Source of the DNA: an uncultured virus (IMG/VR IMGVR_UViG_3300021960_000038)
Taxonomy: Duplodnaviria > Heunggongvirae > Uroviricota > Caudoviricetes
Reading direction: 5' to 3' (one strand)
IMG/VR virus record: IMGVR_UViG_3300021960_000038
DNA length: 64,000 nucleotides
Part shown: in pieces, positions 36,129 to 45,190 of the stretch
Layout: every line of letters begins with the position of its first letter
Position numbering within the stretch: position 1 is the stretch's first letter
Notes under the pieces: model-generated
Told to the model about the DNA's origin: nothing
Databases searched by the model: none
What the model saw: only the letters and a program-made list of their open reading frames with translations
Position numbers and translations under genes: made by a program

Positions 36129-36845
36129 ATGGCAAGAACAATAGACAACTTTAAGAGTAATGTAGATAATCTTGCTCGTCCCAATCGTTTTACAGTAAAC
36201 TTCTTTGGTCCTGAGGGATTAAGTTTAGAAGGATTGCGATGTGATACTGCCGTGCTTCCTGGAAGAAACATCGTATCACAAGACTTTAGTGAATATGGAT
36301 CGTATCGTAAGTACCCATATCTCGTAGACTACGATGGTGGGCAGGTACAATTCTCTTTCTATTGTGATAACTCATTCATCGATCGTGCCATCATAGAAGC
36401 ATGGCAGCAGTCAGTTTTTGATGCCGATTTTAATTTTAATTATTATAAAGATTATATTGGTGAAGTAGAAATCATACAACTCAGTAATAATAATGAGGAT
36501 GCTGTTAAATTCAGATTATTTGAAGCATATCCTCTCATGATACAAAACCAGCAACTAGACATGGCATCCACGGATACCATACAAAAGTTTCAATGCTCAT
36601 TTGCCTATCGAACATGGGAAAGTGAGTATGTACATTCCCCCAATCCATTTGGTGGAATTAATGTGGGAAGTGCAGCACTTGATGCTGCTCGTACCATCCT
36701 GCGTCTGGCATCTCGAAATAGTAATAGAGCATCCAGACTTCTAGGACGACTAGAAGGAGCAGTAGGAAAAATAGACCGACTCAATAAAAAGACAGAAAGA
36801 ATATTCGGAAAGGATGTTCTTGGAACTCTTGGTATTGGGGATTAA
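36129..36845 (+). CDS. gp54: Baseplate tail-tube initiator gp54 (tube-like fold)
   Basis: LARPNRF.V, LPG, EAWQ, YYKDYIG, L.EAYP, F.CSFAYRTW; located between gp2 and gp26. Confidence 0.8.
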   Translation: MARTIDNFKSNVDNLARPNRFTVNFFGPEGLSLEGLRCDTAVLPGRNIVSQDFSEYGSYRKYPYLVDYDGGQVQFSFYCDNSFIDRAIIEAWQQSVFDADFNFNYYKDYIGEVEIIQLSNNNEDAVKFRLFEAYPLMIQNQQLDMASTDTIQKFQCSFAYRTWESEYVHSPNPFGGINVGSAALDAARTILRLASRNSNRASRLLGRLEGAVGKIDRLNKKTERIFGKDVLGTLGIGD

Positions 36846-36867
36846 TATTATATAATAGGAATTTATT

Positions 36868-37575
36868 ATGGCATTACCCAAACAGGTGGCACCTTCATAT
36901 ACGACCGTGCTACCAAGTAATAATGAGGAAGTTCTCTTCCGACCCATGACTATGAAGCAACAGAAAAGTCTGTTGATTGCATTAGAGTCAGAGGATAACA
37001 TGCAAATGCTAAGAAGCATGCGTGAGTTATTAGCATCAGCGACTGATGATCAGTTTGATGCAATGAAAGCACCTATGGTAGATCTCGAATGGTTGTTCTT
37101 ACAAGTAAGAGCAAAGAGTGTCGGGGAAACTGTAGATCTTAATCTCAAATGTACTCAAGAAGAATGCAATGGTAGTAGCAAAGTGTCAATAGATTTGACC
37201 ACTGTGGGAATTAAACGATCCGATGAGCATGAGAATCATATGATTATGCTCACTGCAGATCTAGGACTCAACATGAGATATCCTACTCCTGAGATGCTAA
37301 GCAAAATGCAAAGCGACAATGAGTTGGATCAACTCACAGAGGTTCTTAAGTTTACCATCGTGTCTATCTTTGATAAACTCGAAGTACATCATCTTGAAGA
37401 TGCTGATACCAAAGAAGTAGAAGAATTTTTAGATTCTCTTACGATGGATCAAATTCGAATGATTACTGATTACTTCGATCGTATGCCTAAACTATCACAT
37501 AGCATAGATACTGTGTGTGATGCATGCGGACATAAGGGACAGAGAGTACTAGAAGGAATCGCAAGTTTTTTTTAG
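36868..37575 (+). CDS. gp26: Baseplate hub assembly protein gp26
   Basis: MALPK...Y...LPS...FRP, DLEWLFLQVRAKSVGE, MRYP, MPKL.H...C..C...LEG..SFF. Confidence 0.93.
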   Translation: MALPKQVAPSYTTVLPSNNEEVLFRPMTMKQQKSLLIALESEDNMQMLRSMRELLASATDDQFDAMKAPMVDLEWLFLQVRAKSVGETVDLNLKCTQEECNGSSKVSIDLTTVGIKRSDEHENHMIMLTADLGLNMRYPTPEMLSKMQSDNELDQLTEVLKFTIVSIFDKLEVHHLEDADTKEVEEFLDSLTMDQIRMITDYFDRMPKLSHSIDTVCDACGHKGQRVLEGIASFF

Positions 37576-37754
37576 TCGCTCTTTCTCATGAGAGTTTGTA
37601 CAACTATATGCAAACAAACTTTCAACTTATGCAACATCATCAGTATAGTCTAACCGAGTTAGATGAAATGTATCCATGGGAAAGAGAGATATATGTTCGA
37701 CTCCTTCTTCAACATTTAGAAGAGGAGAAAGAAAGACAGAAACAACAGAAATAG
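37575..37754 (+). CDS. gp51: gp51-like hub assembly catalyst, probably reached by -1 frameshift from gp26 (not in ORF track)
   Basis: Hand translation VALSHESLYNYMQTNFQLMQHHQYSLTELDEMYPWEREIYVRLLLQHLEEEKERQKQQK*; conserved LMQHH.YSL.EL..M.PWER.IY motif. Confidence 0.85.
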   Translation, partial: VALSHESLYNYMQTNFQLMQHHQYSLTELDEMYPWEREIYVRLLLQHLEEEKERQKQQK

Positions 37755-37763
37755 GAGGTCGCC

Positions 37764-38144
37764 ATGAGCGATGAAACTAGAAGAGATGAAGTTTCTGTGG
37801 ATCTAGATAAATATACTGATTTAATAATGAAGTTAGATGAAGCGAATGACAAGATCGCAGAAATGGAAAAACTTCGTAATGAACTAAAAGTGGCAACAAT
37901 CAAGGCAAAACCTGAAGTGAAATTCTCCTTCGGTGCATTGTTTAGAGATGATAACAATATTAATGAAAAAAACATTATTGGTTTCGCATCTTTTTTAATG
38001 ATGGTGTCCTTTGGAATTGTTGACCTGATCACTGGACTTAATGGAATGGAGTTAGTGATAGACGATGCAATATACACATCTTTCGTAGTGGTAACACTAG
38101 GATCATTTGGTATTGCAGAAGCAGGAAAAGCATTCGGAAAATAA
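37764..38144 (+). CDS. Membrane protein: coiled coil plus two hydrophobic helices
   Basis: AGGAGG RBS; IIGFASFLMMVSFGIVDLI and IYTSFVVVTLGSFGIA segments. Confidence 0.7.
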   Translation: MSDETRRDEVSVDLDKYTDLIMKLDEANDKIAEMEKLRNELKVATIKAKPEVKFSFGALFRDDNNINEKNIIGFASFLMMVSFGIVDLITGLNGMELVIDDAIYTSFVVVTLGSFGIAEAGKAFGK

Positions 38145-38147
38145 AAT

Positions 38148-40100
38148 ATGCCAGAAGATAATAAACAAACCATTCAACAATTAGCAGATTTGAATAAGAC
38201 TACTAATGCTACAAAAGATATTGCATCTCAAACTTTAGGTGAGTTGCGTGGCATTGGTGAACTCAATCAGAAAACTGATAAAGGTCTGATACTCCAGACA
38301 AGACAGATAGAAGACAATAAAGTTTCACAGGATCTTGCTCGCGAGAATCAAATGGAGTTAACCAATGCTCTTAATGGTTTAAAGGATGGTTTTAGTTTCT
38401 TCAAAGAAAATCTAAAAAATCTAGGATTGGGTGCTGGTGCTAGTGTTCTAGAAGCACTTGCTACTAAGTTACAAGCAGCATTCAATCTACTCTCATCTCC
38501 GATCATGATGCTCGGTGGATTTGTGTATGGCATAGGACAGGGATTAAAGAGTGCAACCAAAGCAGCCAAAGATGGTGGGAAAATAGTAAAATTATTTTCC
38601 TTACCATTACTCACATTCAATAAAATATTCGAAGTACTTCGAAACCTTTTGAATCGTAACAATAAGGTAATGAATGGTATAAGAAATACCATAGGCAAAG
38701 TAAGAGTCGCATTATCAAATCTCAATAAAGCATTTCAATCAGGTTTAAAAGGTACGAAAGAAATATCCAAGTCTGCTACTCGTATGCAGAAATCAATATT
38801 CAATATCGGCAAATTCTTTGGTGGTATACGAACATCCATACAAAAAGTCGGTGTTGCATCAGGTAAATTTGGTGAAATCGTAAGTAAACTTGGTAAACCA
38901 TTCGCAGGACTCGTCAAAGGTGCTATGGCAATAGGAAAAGTGGTAGGAAAATTATTCGCACCACTCAATTTCATCTTCGTAGCATTTGAGACTGTTAAAA
39001 CATCAATGGAAAGAATTAAAACCGATGGAATCTTCGGTGGTATCGTGGGTGCATTTGAAGGATTCATCAAAGGCACTATCACCATACCATTAGATTTAAT
39101 CAAAGATGGTATAGCATGGATTGCAGGCAAGTTAGGATTTGAAAAGTTTTCAGAATTGCTCAAAGGTTTCTCATTGACACAAGGAGTTACAAAACTCGCT
39201 GATGGGATTCTAATGCTTCCTGAAATCATCTCAACATTTATGAGTGAAAAAGTTGCTGCTCTCAAAGAGTCATTTTCTGTATGGAAAGAAAACTTCAGTG
39301 CTCAATTAAGTGAAGGATGGTCAAACTTTACAACTAGATTATCTGAATTGCCAGGACAAATCATGGAAGCACTCACAAGTGCAGGTGCATGGGTTAAGGA
39401 TAAGATCAAAAGTTTAGCATCTAAACTCAATCCTCTTAATTGGTTTAAGAAAGAAGAGAATCCAGCAGACATGACTTTTGCTGGTGAATTTGCTGAAGGT
39501 GGTAGAATACCTGCAGGTCAAGTTGGTATTGCTGGTGAAAAAGGTCCAGAGTTTATTACAGGTCCATCAAATGTCATGTCTGCAGATAAATCCCGATCGT
39601 TGATGCAGACTGCCACTAAACTCATGGGTGGTACAGGTGATGATGTTGATATTAAAGGTCAAGTTCTATTCACTCGAGAAACAGGGGAACAAGCATTAAA
39701 ATCATTTAATGCTGCACTCGAATCTGCTGGTATTCAGGAGAAGATCACTCTAGATGAACTTAAACAAGCACAGATGGATGGTATTGAAAATACTTCTAAT
39801 CGTGTGGGTGATTTATATGATCAGTTCTTACGCAAAACTGAGTCAGCAGCACTAGACATTAGTGATGCGTTTGATATTAGTTTAGATGATTTTGATTTAA
39901 ATCCCCCATCTGGTGGGTTCCAAATAGCACAAGCAGAAGATGATCTTGCTGATGCTCAAATGGATAGACAGGGTTCTACGAATGCAGTAATGAATAGTGG
40001 TAATGTAACTTCGAGTATTGTTACAAGTTCTAACACCATAGTGTCAGGAGTGAATACTAGGAACGAAGATTCAATCAGTTACCTTAACAGGTCTATGTAA
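38148..40100 (+). CDS. Tape-measure protein, gp29-like
   Basis: Helical Gly/Ala/Lys-rich body; FAEGG...AGEKGPE motif; located after gp26/gp51. Confidence 0.75.
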   Translation: MPEDNKQTIQQLADLNKTTNATKDIASQTLGELRGIGELNQKTDKGLILQTRQIEDNKVSQDLARENQMELTNALNGLKDGFSFFKENLKNLGLGAGASVLEALATKLQAAFNLLSSPIMMLGGFVYGIGQGLKSATKAAKDGGKIVKLFSLPLLTFNKIFEVLRNLLNRNNKVMNGIRNTIGKVRVALSNLNKAFQSGLKGTKEISKSATRMQKSIFNIGKFFGGIRTSIQKVGVASGKFGEIVSKLGKPFAGLVKGAMAIGKVVGKLFAPLNFIFVAFETVKTSMERIKTDGIFGGIVGAFEGFIKGTITIPLDLIKDGIAWIAGKLGFEKFSELLKGFSLTQGVTKLADGILMLPEIISTFMSEKVAALKESFSVWKENFSAQLSEGWSNFTTRLSELPGQIMEALTSAGAWVKDKIKSLASKLNPLNWFKKEENPADMTFAGEFAEGGRIPAGQVGIAGEKGPEFITGPSNVMSADKSRSLMQTATKLMGGTGDDVDIKGQVLFTRETGEQALKSFNAALESAGIQEKITLDELKQAQMDGIENTSNRVGDLYDQFLRKTESAALDISDAFDISLDDFDLNPPSGGFQIAQAEDDLADAQMDRQGSTNAVMNSGNVTSSIVTSSNTIVSGVNTRNEDSISYLNRSM

Positions 40101-40128
40101 TTTCTTTCTATCGTATTGCTTTTTAGAT

Positions 40129-40374
40129 TTATGAATTTGTGTCAGTGCCTTCTTCGGCGAGACCTTGCGTACTTTTACTTTCGGCAATTTTTTCATAGTT
40201 AATTGGACCCAATGGGTTCGGTAAGTCAATCCCAGATTCTACTCGATAGGCAAAGTCTCCTCTGCTTAAAACATTCATGATCTTTGCTTTACCTAACTCA
40301 CCATAGTTGATTAGACTATTACTGTAATCAGTTTCTACCACAATATGGAATCGTATCTTACGATTATCTGACAT
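40129..40374 (-). CDS. Hypothetical protein
   Basis: Overlaps the bS21 stop; start taken at MSDNRK. Confidence 0.55.
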   Translation of the reverse strand: MSDNRKIRFHIVVETDYSNSLINYGELGKAKIMNVLSRGDFAYRVESGIDLPNPLGPINYEKIAESKSTQGLAEEGTDTNS

Positions 40375-40594
40375 TTCTGAGTCTACCACGATGTGCCATG
40401 GATAGGTTCTTCATTGCTTGTTTCTGCGATCTACGAATAGCAGCACTTTTTATACGATTTCTCTTATCGCAAGGTTTCTCATAGAACTCTCTTCTGCGTA
40501 CTTCGTTGATGATACCTGCTTTCTCAACTTGTTTTCTAAATCTAGAAAGCATTCTATCGAAGTATTCTTTATCTCTTTGGATCACTTTTGGCAT
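40364..40594 (-). CDS. rpsU: 30S ribosomal protein bS21
   Basis: MPKV...E.FD.ML.RF.K.VEKAGIINEVRRREFYEKP...R...AA..R matches the bS21 signature. Confidence 0.93.
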   Translation of the reverse strand: MPKVIQRDKEYFDRMLSRFRKQVEKAGIINEVRRREFYEKPCDKRNRIKSAAIRRSQKQAMKNLSMAHRGRLRNVR

Positions 40595-40622
40595 AATATT
40601 TTTTGTTGTTGTAAATTAAAAA

Positions 40623-40777
40623 GTGTCAAGTCGCCCCACAATCTCTCGCTCTTGACAAACAGTTCCCGCACTTAACTGCTTTACCCTAAAACTCAGTCGC
40701 CCCATGGTCTTACTTTTATCGCCATTGCCTTCGCTCTGAGCAAATGAGAACTCACCAGCAACTATGATTCTCATTCC
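40623..40777 (-). ncRNA. Putative structured RNA (leader or sRNA) upstream of bS21
   Basis: Four consecutive hairpins; two carry the same AGAGCGA / TGGGGCGACT internal-loop module; follows a late promoter. Confidence 0.6.
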
Positions 40778-40796
40778 CATTATAGTGTTTAAAGAT

Positions 40797-40804
40797 TATT
40801 TATA
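40797..40804 (-). promoter_or_regulatory. T4-type late promoter
   Basis: Exact TATAAATA right after the gp32 stop. Confidence 0.75.
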
Positions 40805-40805
40805 A

Positions 40806-41726
40806 TCAACTATCGTTTGCTAGTCTTTGAAAATAATCCATATCATCATCGTTAGATGCTGATTGTAATGCTGGTTCAACACTCGGACTTGGTTCCTCTG
40901 CTGTATTCCAAGGAAGATCTGGTGCATCAGCAGAATCTACATCAGCATCTTGTGCTACAGATTCAGCAGTTGCTCCAGAAACAGCAGTTCCTAGAACTCT
41001 ATCCAACTTCTCTTTCAATTCATCATATGATTTGAACTCAGAAGGATCAATCACACCATTCAGTGAATATTGTTGGTTGTAAAGTTCTTCAAGTCTAGCA
41101 TCGTCGCCATCAAACAGAGGAGTCACTGGATCGAACTCTGATTTATCATAGTTCCAGAATCCATCAACTTTTCTTAGTTTGATTTTGAAGTTTGCACCTT
41201 CCCAAAAGTCGAAAGGATTTAAAGGTGATTCATCTTCAAATGCTGGGCACATTGCCTCTTTTAGCATTTCAAAGATCTTCTTACCATATCTGTATAAGAA
41301 TACCTTTCCTTCGTTTTCAGGATGCTTAGGATCAGATACCACTAAAATGTTAGACACATAGTGTAATCTTCTCTTTTGTTTCCTTGCTTGATCCTTGTTT
41401 GCTTCGATACCAGAGTTCCATAGTTGAGTGTTATACTCTGAAACTGGATCTTGTTTCCCAAGAGTAGTCAAGGACTTCTCGATGTACCAACCACCTGGAC
41501 CTTGGAATCCATGATCCCAATAAGTAACCCATGGTTGTTCTTCTCCTGCTGGGGATGGTAAGAATCTAACTACAGCAAACCCATTGCCAGATTTATCCAT
41601 TTCTGGTTTCCAGAATCTTTCATCTACATAGGATTTAGTTGTTGATTTACCACCATCGGCATCAGCCATAGCAGTTTTTAGTTTATCGAGTGAACCTCGA
41701 TTGCGTTTTAAGTCGGCAAATGACAT
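40806..41726 (-). CDS. gp32: Single-stranded DNA-binding protein gp32
   Basis: DERFWKP..DKSGNG.AV.RFLP, GGWYIEKSLTT, YGKKIF, GANFK.K, NYDKSEF, acidic tail YFQRLA. Confidence 0.97.
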   Translation of the reverse strand: MSFADLKRNRGSLDKLKTAMADADGGKSTTKSYVDERFWKPEMDKSGNGFAVVRFLPSPAGEEQPWVTYWDHGFQGPGGWYIEKSLTTLGKQDPVSEYNTQLWNSGIEANKDQARKQKRRLHYVSNILVVSDPKHPENEGKVFLYRYGKKIFEMLKEAMCPAFEDESPLNPFDFWEGANFKIKLRKVDGFWNYDKSEFDPVTPLFDGDDARLEELYNQQYSLNGVIDPSEFKSYDELKEKLDRVLGTAVSGATAESVAQDADVDSADAPDLPWNTAEEPSPSVEPALQSASNDDDMDYFQRLANDS

Positions 41727-41761
41727 ATATTTCTCCTTTATTTACTAAGTATTGCGTTGTA

Positions 41762-42505
41762 TTATTCAACTTCATAATCTGGGAACATCGGTATTCGGTC
41801 TACATATCCCGAGCCAAGAACCCATTCTTCTTGATTATTAAGTATATTATATTCTATTTCATGGGTGTCAGTAAGTGACTTTTGAAAATTAAATGAAACA
41901 TTTTCAAAATGTTTTACAATCGCCATCAGTTGGTCTTTCTGTGCAGTTAATACACGGAAAGTATCTTCTTCTTCCCAATCATAGTTGTTAGTCCCCTTGT
42001 AGATATTGTCATAGGATTCGCTCCATAATGAGTCAAAACCTATCAAGTTGACTTCCGTCGCACCTTCCAAGCATGCTAATCCTACAGCAGTAGAACCACA
42101 TACAAGATCCCTTAATAAAGGATCAGTGAAAGGTGTGATTTGGTTTGGTTCTTCAAAGCATAGTATTTCAGTCGTTCCTTGAAGAGAGGATCCTTGACTG
42201 AAAAAATGCGTTGAAGCATCAGTAAGATTATGTGTAGTGATCTCATTGTTACGAGTATCAAAAGTCAACATCATCTTAAACTGTTCGAGCATATCTATAG
42301 GAGTAGCATCCCAATCCGCAAATGCTACTCTATGCTCCTTATAGTATCCAGAATTGACTATCTCTATTTGCATAGGAATGTCTACTGCTACTAAAGTGTT
42401 TGGTGAGAAATCTCTGTAGAGTGCATTACACCCATAAGTATTCTCAAGTTTGCTTAAATCAAATTGCGTCCTACTCGGACCATTACCAATAATGTTTGCG
42501 ATCAT
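41762..42505 (-). CDS. Hypothetical protein, DUF115/MptE-like nucleotide-binding fold
   Basis: IIGNGPSR, YGCNALYRD, LIGFD, NIYKGT.NY; start taken at MIANI. Confidence 0.65.
   Translation of the reverse strand: MIANIIGNGPSRTQFDLSKLENTYGCNALYRDFSPNTLVAVDIPMQIEIVNSGYYKEHRVAFADWDATPIDMLEQFKMMLTFDTRNNEITTHNLTDASTHFFSQGSSLQGTTEILCFEEPNQITPFTDPLLRDLVCGSTAVGLACLEGATEVNLIGFDSLWSESYDNIYKGTNNYDWEEEDTFRVLTAQKDQLMAIVKHFENVSFNFQKSLTDTHEIEYNILNNQEEWVLGSGYVDRIPMFPDYEVE
41846..41875 (-). promoter_or_regulatory. Divergent copy of the early-type promoter, upstream of gp32
   Basis: CTTACTGACACCCATGAAATAGAATATAAT shares GACACCCAT and has a perfect TATAAT. Confidence 0.6.
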
Positions 42506-42512
42506 AATAAAG

Positions 42513-43034
42513 TTATTGTTGTTGCTGTCCCATAGCAAGAATGTATTCTAACCATTCTCTCATTGTCCAATCTAGTCTTAGACTGATCATACTCCATTCT
42601 TTTTGATGCTTGAGCACACCATGTGCTACATTTAGATTCACAAGCATAGGTTGATAAGGTTTTACAGTGTAATTAAAATGATTACTTGTGTTTTTACCTT
42701 CTTCAACAATAGTAGGAACATGGGTCATCTTCTTACTTGCCAATCTTCCAAAAGATGTAGAAGAATGTACAAGGGTAACAGGTTCATTGAACACAGCGAG
42801 TACGACACCTCTATCGTAATCAGTGAAACTATGTAACTGCCTACGAGCATCGTGTCTTTCAGCATTTAATTGCCATTCTATATGATCTTTCTTATTCAAC
42901 ATAAAGTTGGTCTTCAACCATCTGCTGAAAGAATCGTAGTTGCCTTCGGCAATACGATCATAGGTTTGCTTTCTCATTTCTAAAGCAAAATCAAAAATCA
43001 TAAGGTTTTGTCTTAGATCATTATACTTGTTCAT
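42513..43034 (-). CDS. Hypothetical protein, possible double-stranded beta-helix oxygenase
   Basis: PMLVNLNVAHGV...MISLR C-terminal pattern. Confidence 0.5.
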   Translation of the reverse strand: MNKYNDLRQNLMIFDFALEMRKQTYDRIAEGNYDSFSRWLKTNFMLNKKDHIEWQLNAERHDARRQLHSFTDYDRGVVLAVFNEPVTLVHSSTSFGRLASKKMTHVPTIVEEGKNTSNHFNYTVKPYQPMLVNLNVAHGVLKHQKEWSMISLRLDWTMREWLEYILAMGQQQQ

Positions 43035-43621
43035 GTAAAAATTTCCATTGCTATCTTTTTTAATTTACTGTGATCACCTGAAACAAAGGTAGAATGTTTC
43101 TTCAACCTTTTACTCTGTTCTTTCCAGACTATTGTTTCAGATATTTGTTTATCCCAAACTGCTATGTATTTAGTAAGTTCGTCAAACAGTATCATAGTTT
43201 CAGGTGAAACCTTTTTTGCTAGATATTGCTTAAGCAGTACAGGATGTTGTCCATTCTTTACCTGTAACAATTCATCCAAAGAGTATTTATTCGACAAAGA
43301 ACTTAATTCTTTTTGAAAAAGATAGGTTAAACTTTGCTGTCGTTTTTTGTATTCTGAGAATACCATTTCTGAATCGTTTCCCAGCAGTTCCCCAACCCAT
43401 CGGTCGGAAACTGAAAGGTTGGCGATGAGGAAAGACTTGAGATCAGTTCCATACTTCCTTGCGAGTTTTGCAAAGTGGTATTTATCCTTTCTTCTAAGAA
43501 ACGACTTGAGGTCTGCTTTAACGACTCCATTGTATTTGACATAGTCGTATGACTCCTGTGTAAAATGTAATTTAATCCCTAAGTAAAGGCAGTATGCATC
43601 AAATCCTTCGCGACTAGTCAT
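43031..43621 (-). CDS. gp59: Helicase loader gp59
   Basis: AY..YL..KLHFT..YDY.KY.G, F..RKDKY.F.KL, GQHP.LL..YL...S.ET. Confidence 0.92.
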   Translation of the reverse strand: MTSREGFDAYCLYLGIKLHFTQESYDYVKYNGVVKADLKSFLRRKDKYHFAKLARKYGTDLKSFLIANLSVSDRWVGELLGNDSEMVFSEYKKRQQSLTYLFQKELSSLSNKYSLDELLQVKNGQHPVLLKQYLAKKVSPETMILFDELTKYIAVWDKQISETIVWKEQSKRLKKHSTFVSGDHSKLKKIAMEIFT

Positions 43622-44498
43622 ACTTTACAGTGGTTCTCCAAAGTGTTCTTTCACCAGCAAACTTATGATACGCACCTCTGTGCATACAGGCAGTGTTGTT
43701 AAATATCAAACAATCACCTTCTTCCCAATTCACTTGCCATAGTAGTTCGTCATCATTAACCAACAACATAAAGATTTCATTTGCTAAGATACTATTGCTT
43801 TTCGTAGGCAATACTGATACAGGAGAGATATACATTGTCTCTCTGTCAAGTATCTTATTGTATCTCAGTAATGGATGAGCAACCTCTTCGGAGTAGTAAA
43901 ACTCTACATGTTTCCCAGCAAAGGCATCATGATGTTTATCATATGCCAAGCAAAAGTCAACAAGCAAAGTGGAACCACCACCAAGTCTCGGATTAATAAT
44001 ATTGTATCCGTGGATATCGGCATCTCTATCTGTCTGAGTTGGTTTATAATTCTTTGCATATAAAATTCCTATGTCGGCAAGTTCCTTCCTATGTGGAAAG
44101 TCTACATGCCAGTTTTTGAAACCACCGATCAATGCTCTTTTTGCTTTATACTCATCACTCATATCGCCAAAACCAGATAGACCTATTTCTACATCTTCTT
44201 CTTGATCTAATCCAGCATAGTCAAAGATTGCCATTCCTGGCAGACTGGACTTTGCTAGTACATTGCGTGATTCAGAATCTTGCTGTTTAAACTCAGACAT
44301 TCGAGTAGAGTTGGCAATACGACTTACCTCTTTTTGATGATGTGTATCATCATAACATTCTAAATCAATATCACCTATGGATAAGGAGAAGTCATAAAAC
44401 TCCTGCTCTGTCATATCTCCTAGATGTACGAGGACTGCGAACTTAGTTTTTAAGTCCTCTCGTATTGAATATCTGGAAGATCTTTCGAGTATTCTCAT
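43614..44498 (-). CDS. TauD/TfdA-family 2OG dioxygenase
   Basis: WHVD; GG.TL.VD; HPLLR; W.EGD.LIFNN...HRG...RTLWRTT. Confidence 0.85.
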   Translation of the reverse strand: MRILERSSRYSIREDLKTKFAVLVHLGDMTEQEFYDFSLSIGDIDLECYDDTHHQKEVSRIANSTRMSEFKQQDSESRNVLAKSSLPGMAIFDYAGLDQEEDVEIGLSGFGDMSDEYKAKRALIGGFKNWHVDFPHRKELADIGILYAKNYKPTQTDRDADIHGYNIINPRLGGGSTLLVDFCLAYDKHHDAFAGKHVEFYYSEEVAHPLLRYNKILDRETMYISPVSVLPTKSNSILANEIFMLLVNDDELLWQVNWEEGDCLIFNNTACMHRGAYHKFAGERTLWRTTVKYD

Positions 44499-44716
44499 AT
44501 GGGAAGTTTTCCTCTAGACTTGCTCCCCTTAATCAAATTAAGATTGGATGCTTCTGCTGTAAGTTTTTGTTTGAGTCCATCACTCAATAATCTTTTAGCA
44601 GATTCAGGTTCTAGAGAATAAGATTCGCATACTCCTAAGATAGCATCGATGACTTCTGCACCTTTACTAATCTTTGATTCAACTTGTTCAGAGAATTGCT
44701 TTTTTGATAGTATCAT
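44495..44716 (-). CDS. gp33: Late-transcription co-activator gp33
   Basis: FS..VE...IDAI...CE...EPES...LL...LK.KL..EA..LNL. Confidence 0.85.
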   Translation of the reverse strand: MILSKKQFSEQVESKISKGAEVIDAILGVCESYSLEPESAKRLLSDGLKQKLTAEASNLNLIKGSKSRGKLPI

Positions 44717-44725
44717 AATTATCCA

Positions 44726-44893
44726 TTATATAAGTAACGATGCTGTAAACATCAGCAACATTACGATTCCTAAGAAAGCAAATGCTAATGATATTGCTAC
44801 CATTAGAACAGCACTGGGAGTCAACTGTATATCGTTTACCTCAGTACCCACTCCTGTTAGGAGTTTTGCGATCACCTTAAAAAATTTTATCAT
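44726..44893 (-). CDS. Small membrane protein, 55 aa (not in ORF track)
   Basis: MIKFFKVIAKLLTGVGTEVNDIQLTPSAVLMVAISLAFAFLGIVMLLMFTASLLI*. Confidence 0.6.
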   Translation of the reverse strand: MIKFFKVIAKLLTGVGTEVNDIQLTPSAVLMVAISLAFAFLGIVMLLMFTASLLI

Positions 44894-45077
44894 TAATATA
44901 AAAAATCACCAGCATTGAACCAAAAGCAACTGCTTGTACAATTGCTGGTATTACAACAAAGCAAACCATTGCACTGAATTTGCCAGCACGGAAGAAATCC
45001 TTTTTCTCCCACTCGGAAACTTCTTCAGGTGAAGCATCCTTCTTAGCATTCAATGGCAAAGGTAATTGTTGTGCCAT
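44877..45077 (-). CDS. Small membrane protein
   Basis: MAQQLPLPL...hydrophobic C-terminal half; TAATG coupling. Confidence 0.6.
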   Translation of the reverse strand: MAQQLPLPLNAKKDASPEEVSEWEKKDFFRAGKFSAMVCFVVIPAIVQAVAFGSMLVIFYINDKIF

Positions 45078-45187
45078 TATATAAAACTCACAGACCCTGT
45101 GGTTGCTGCGATTGAAAATCCAAACATGCATATCAGCATGAGCAACCCTACATTGTCTTTCAGTTTTTGTAGTCTTCTCTCACTCAT
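45077..45187 (-). CDS. Membrane peptide, 36 aa (not in ORF track)
   Basis: MSERRLQKLKDNVGLLMLICMFGFSIAATTGSVSFI*. Confidence 0.5.
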   Translation of the reverse strand: MSERRLQKLKDNVGLLMLICMFGFSIAATTGSVSFI

Positions 45188-45190
45188 TGC

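Noticed and set aside
38348..39265. Minus-strand ORFs inside the tape-measure gene
   Set aside because: They are antisense shadows of a well-supported plus-strand gene.
40595..40805. tRNA or glycine riboswitch in the gp32-bS21 spacer
   Set aside because: There is no cloverleaf or T-loop, and the CTCAG/CGAAG elements are not in glycine-aptamer order.
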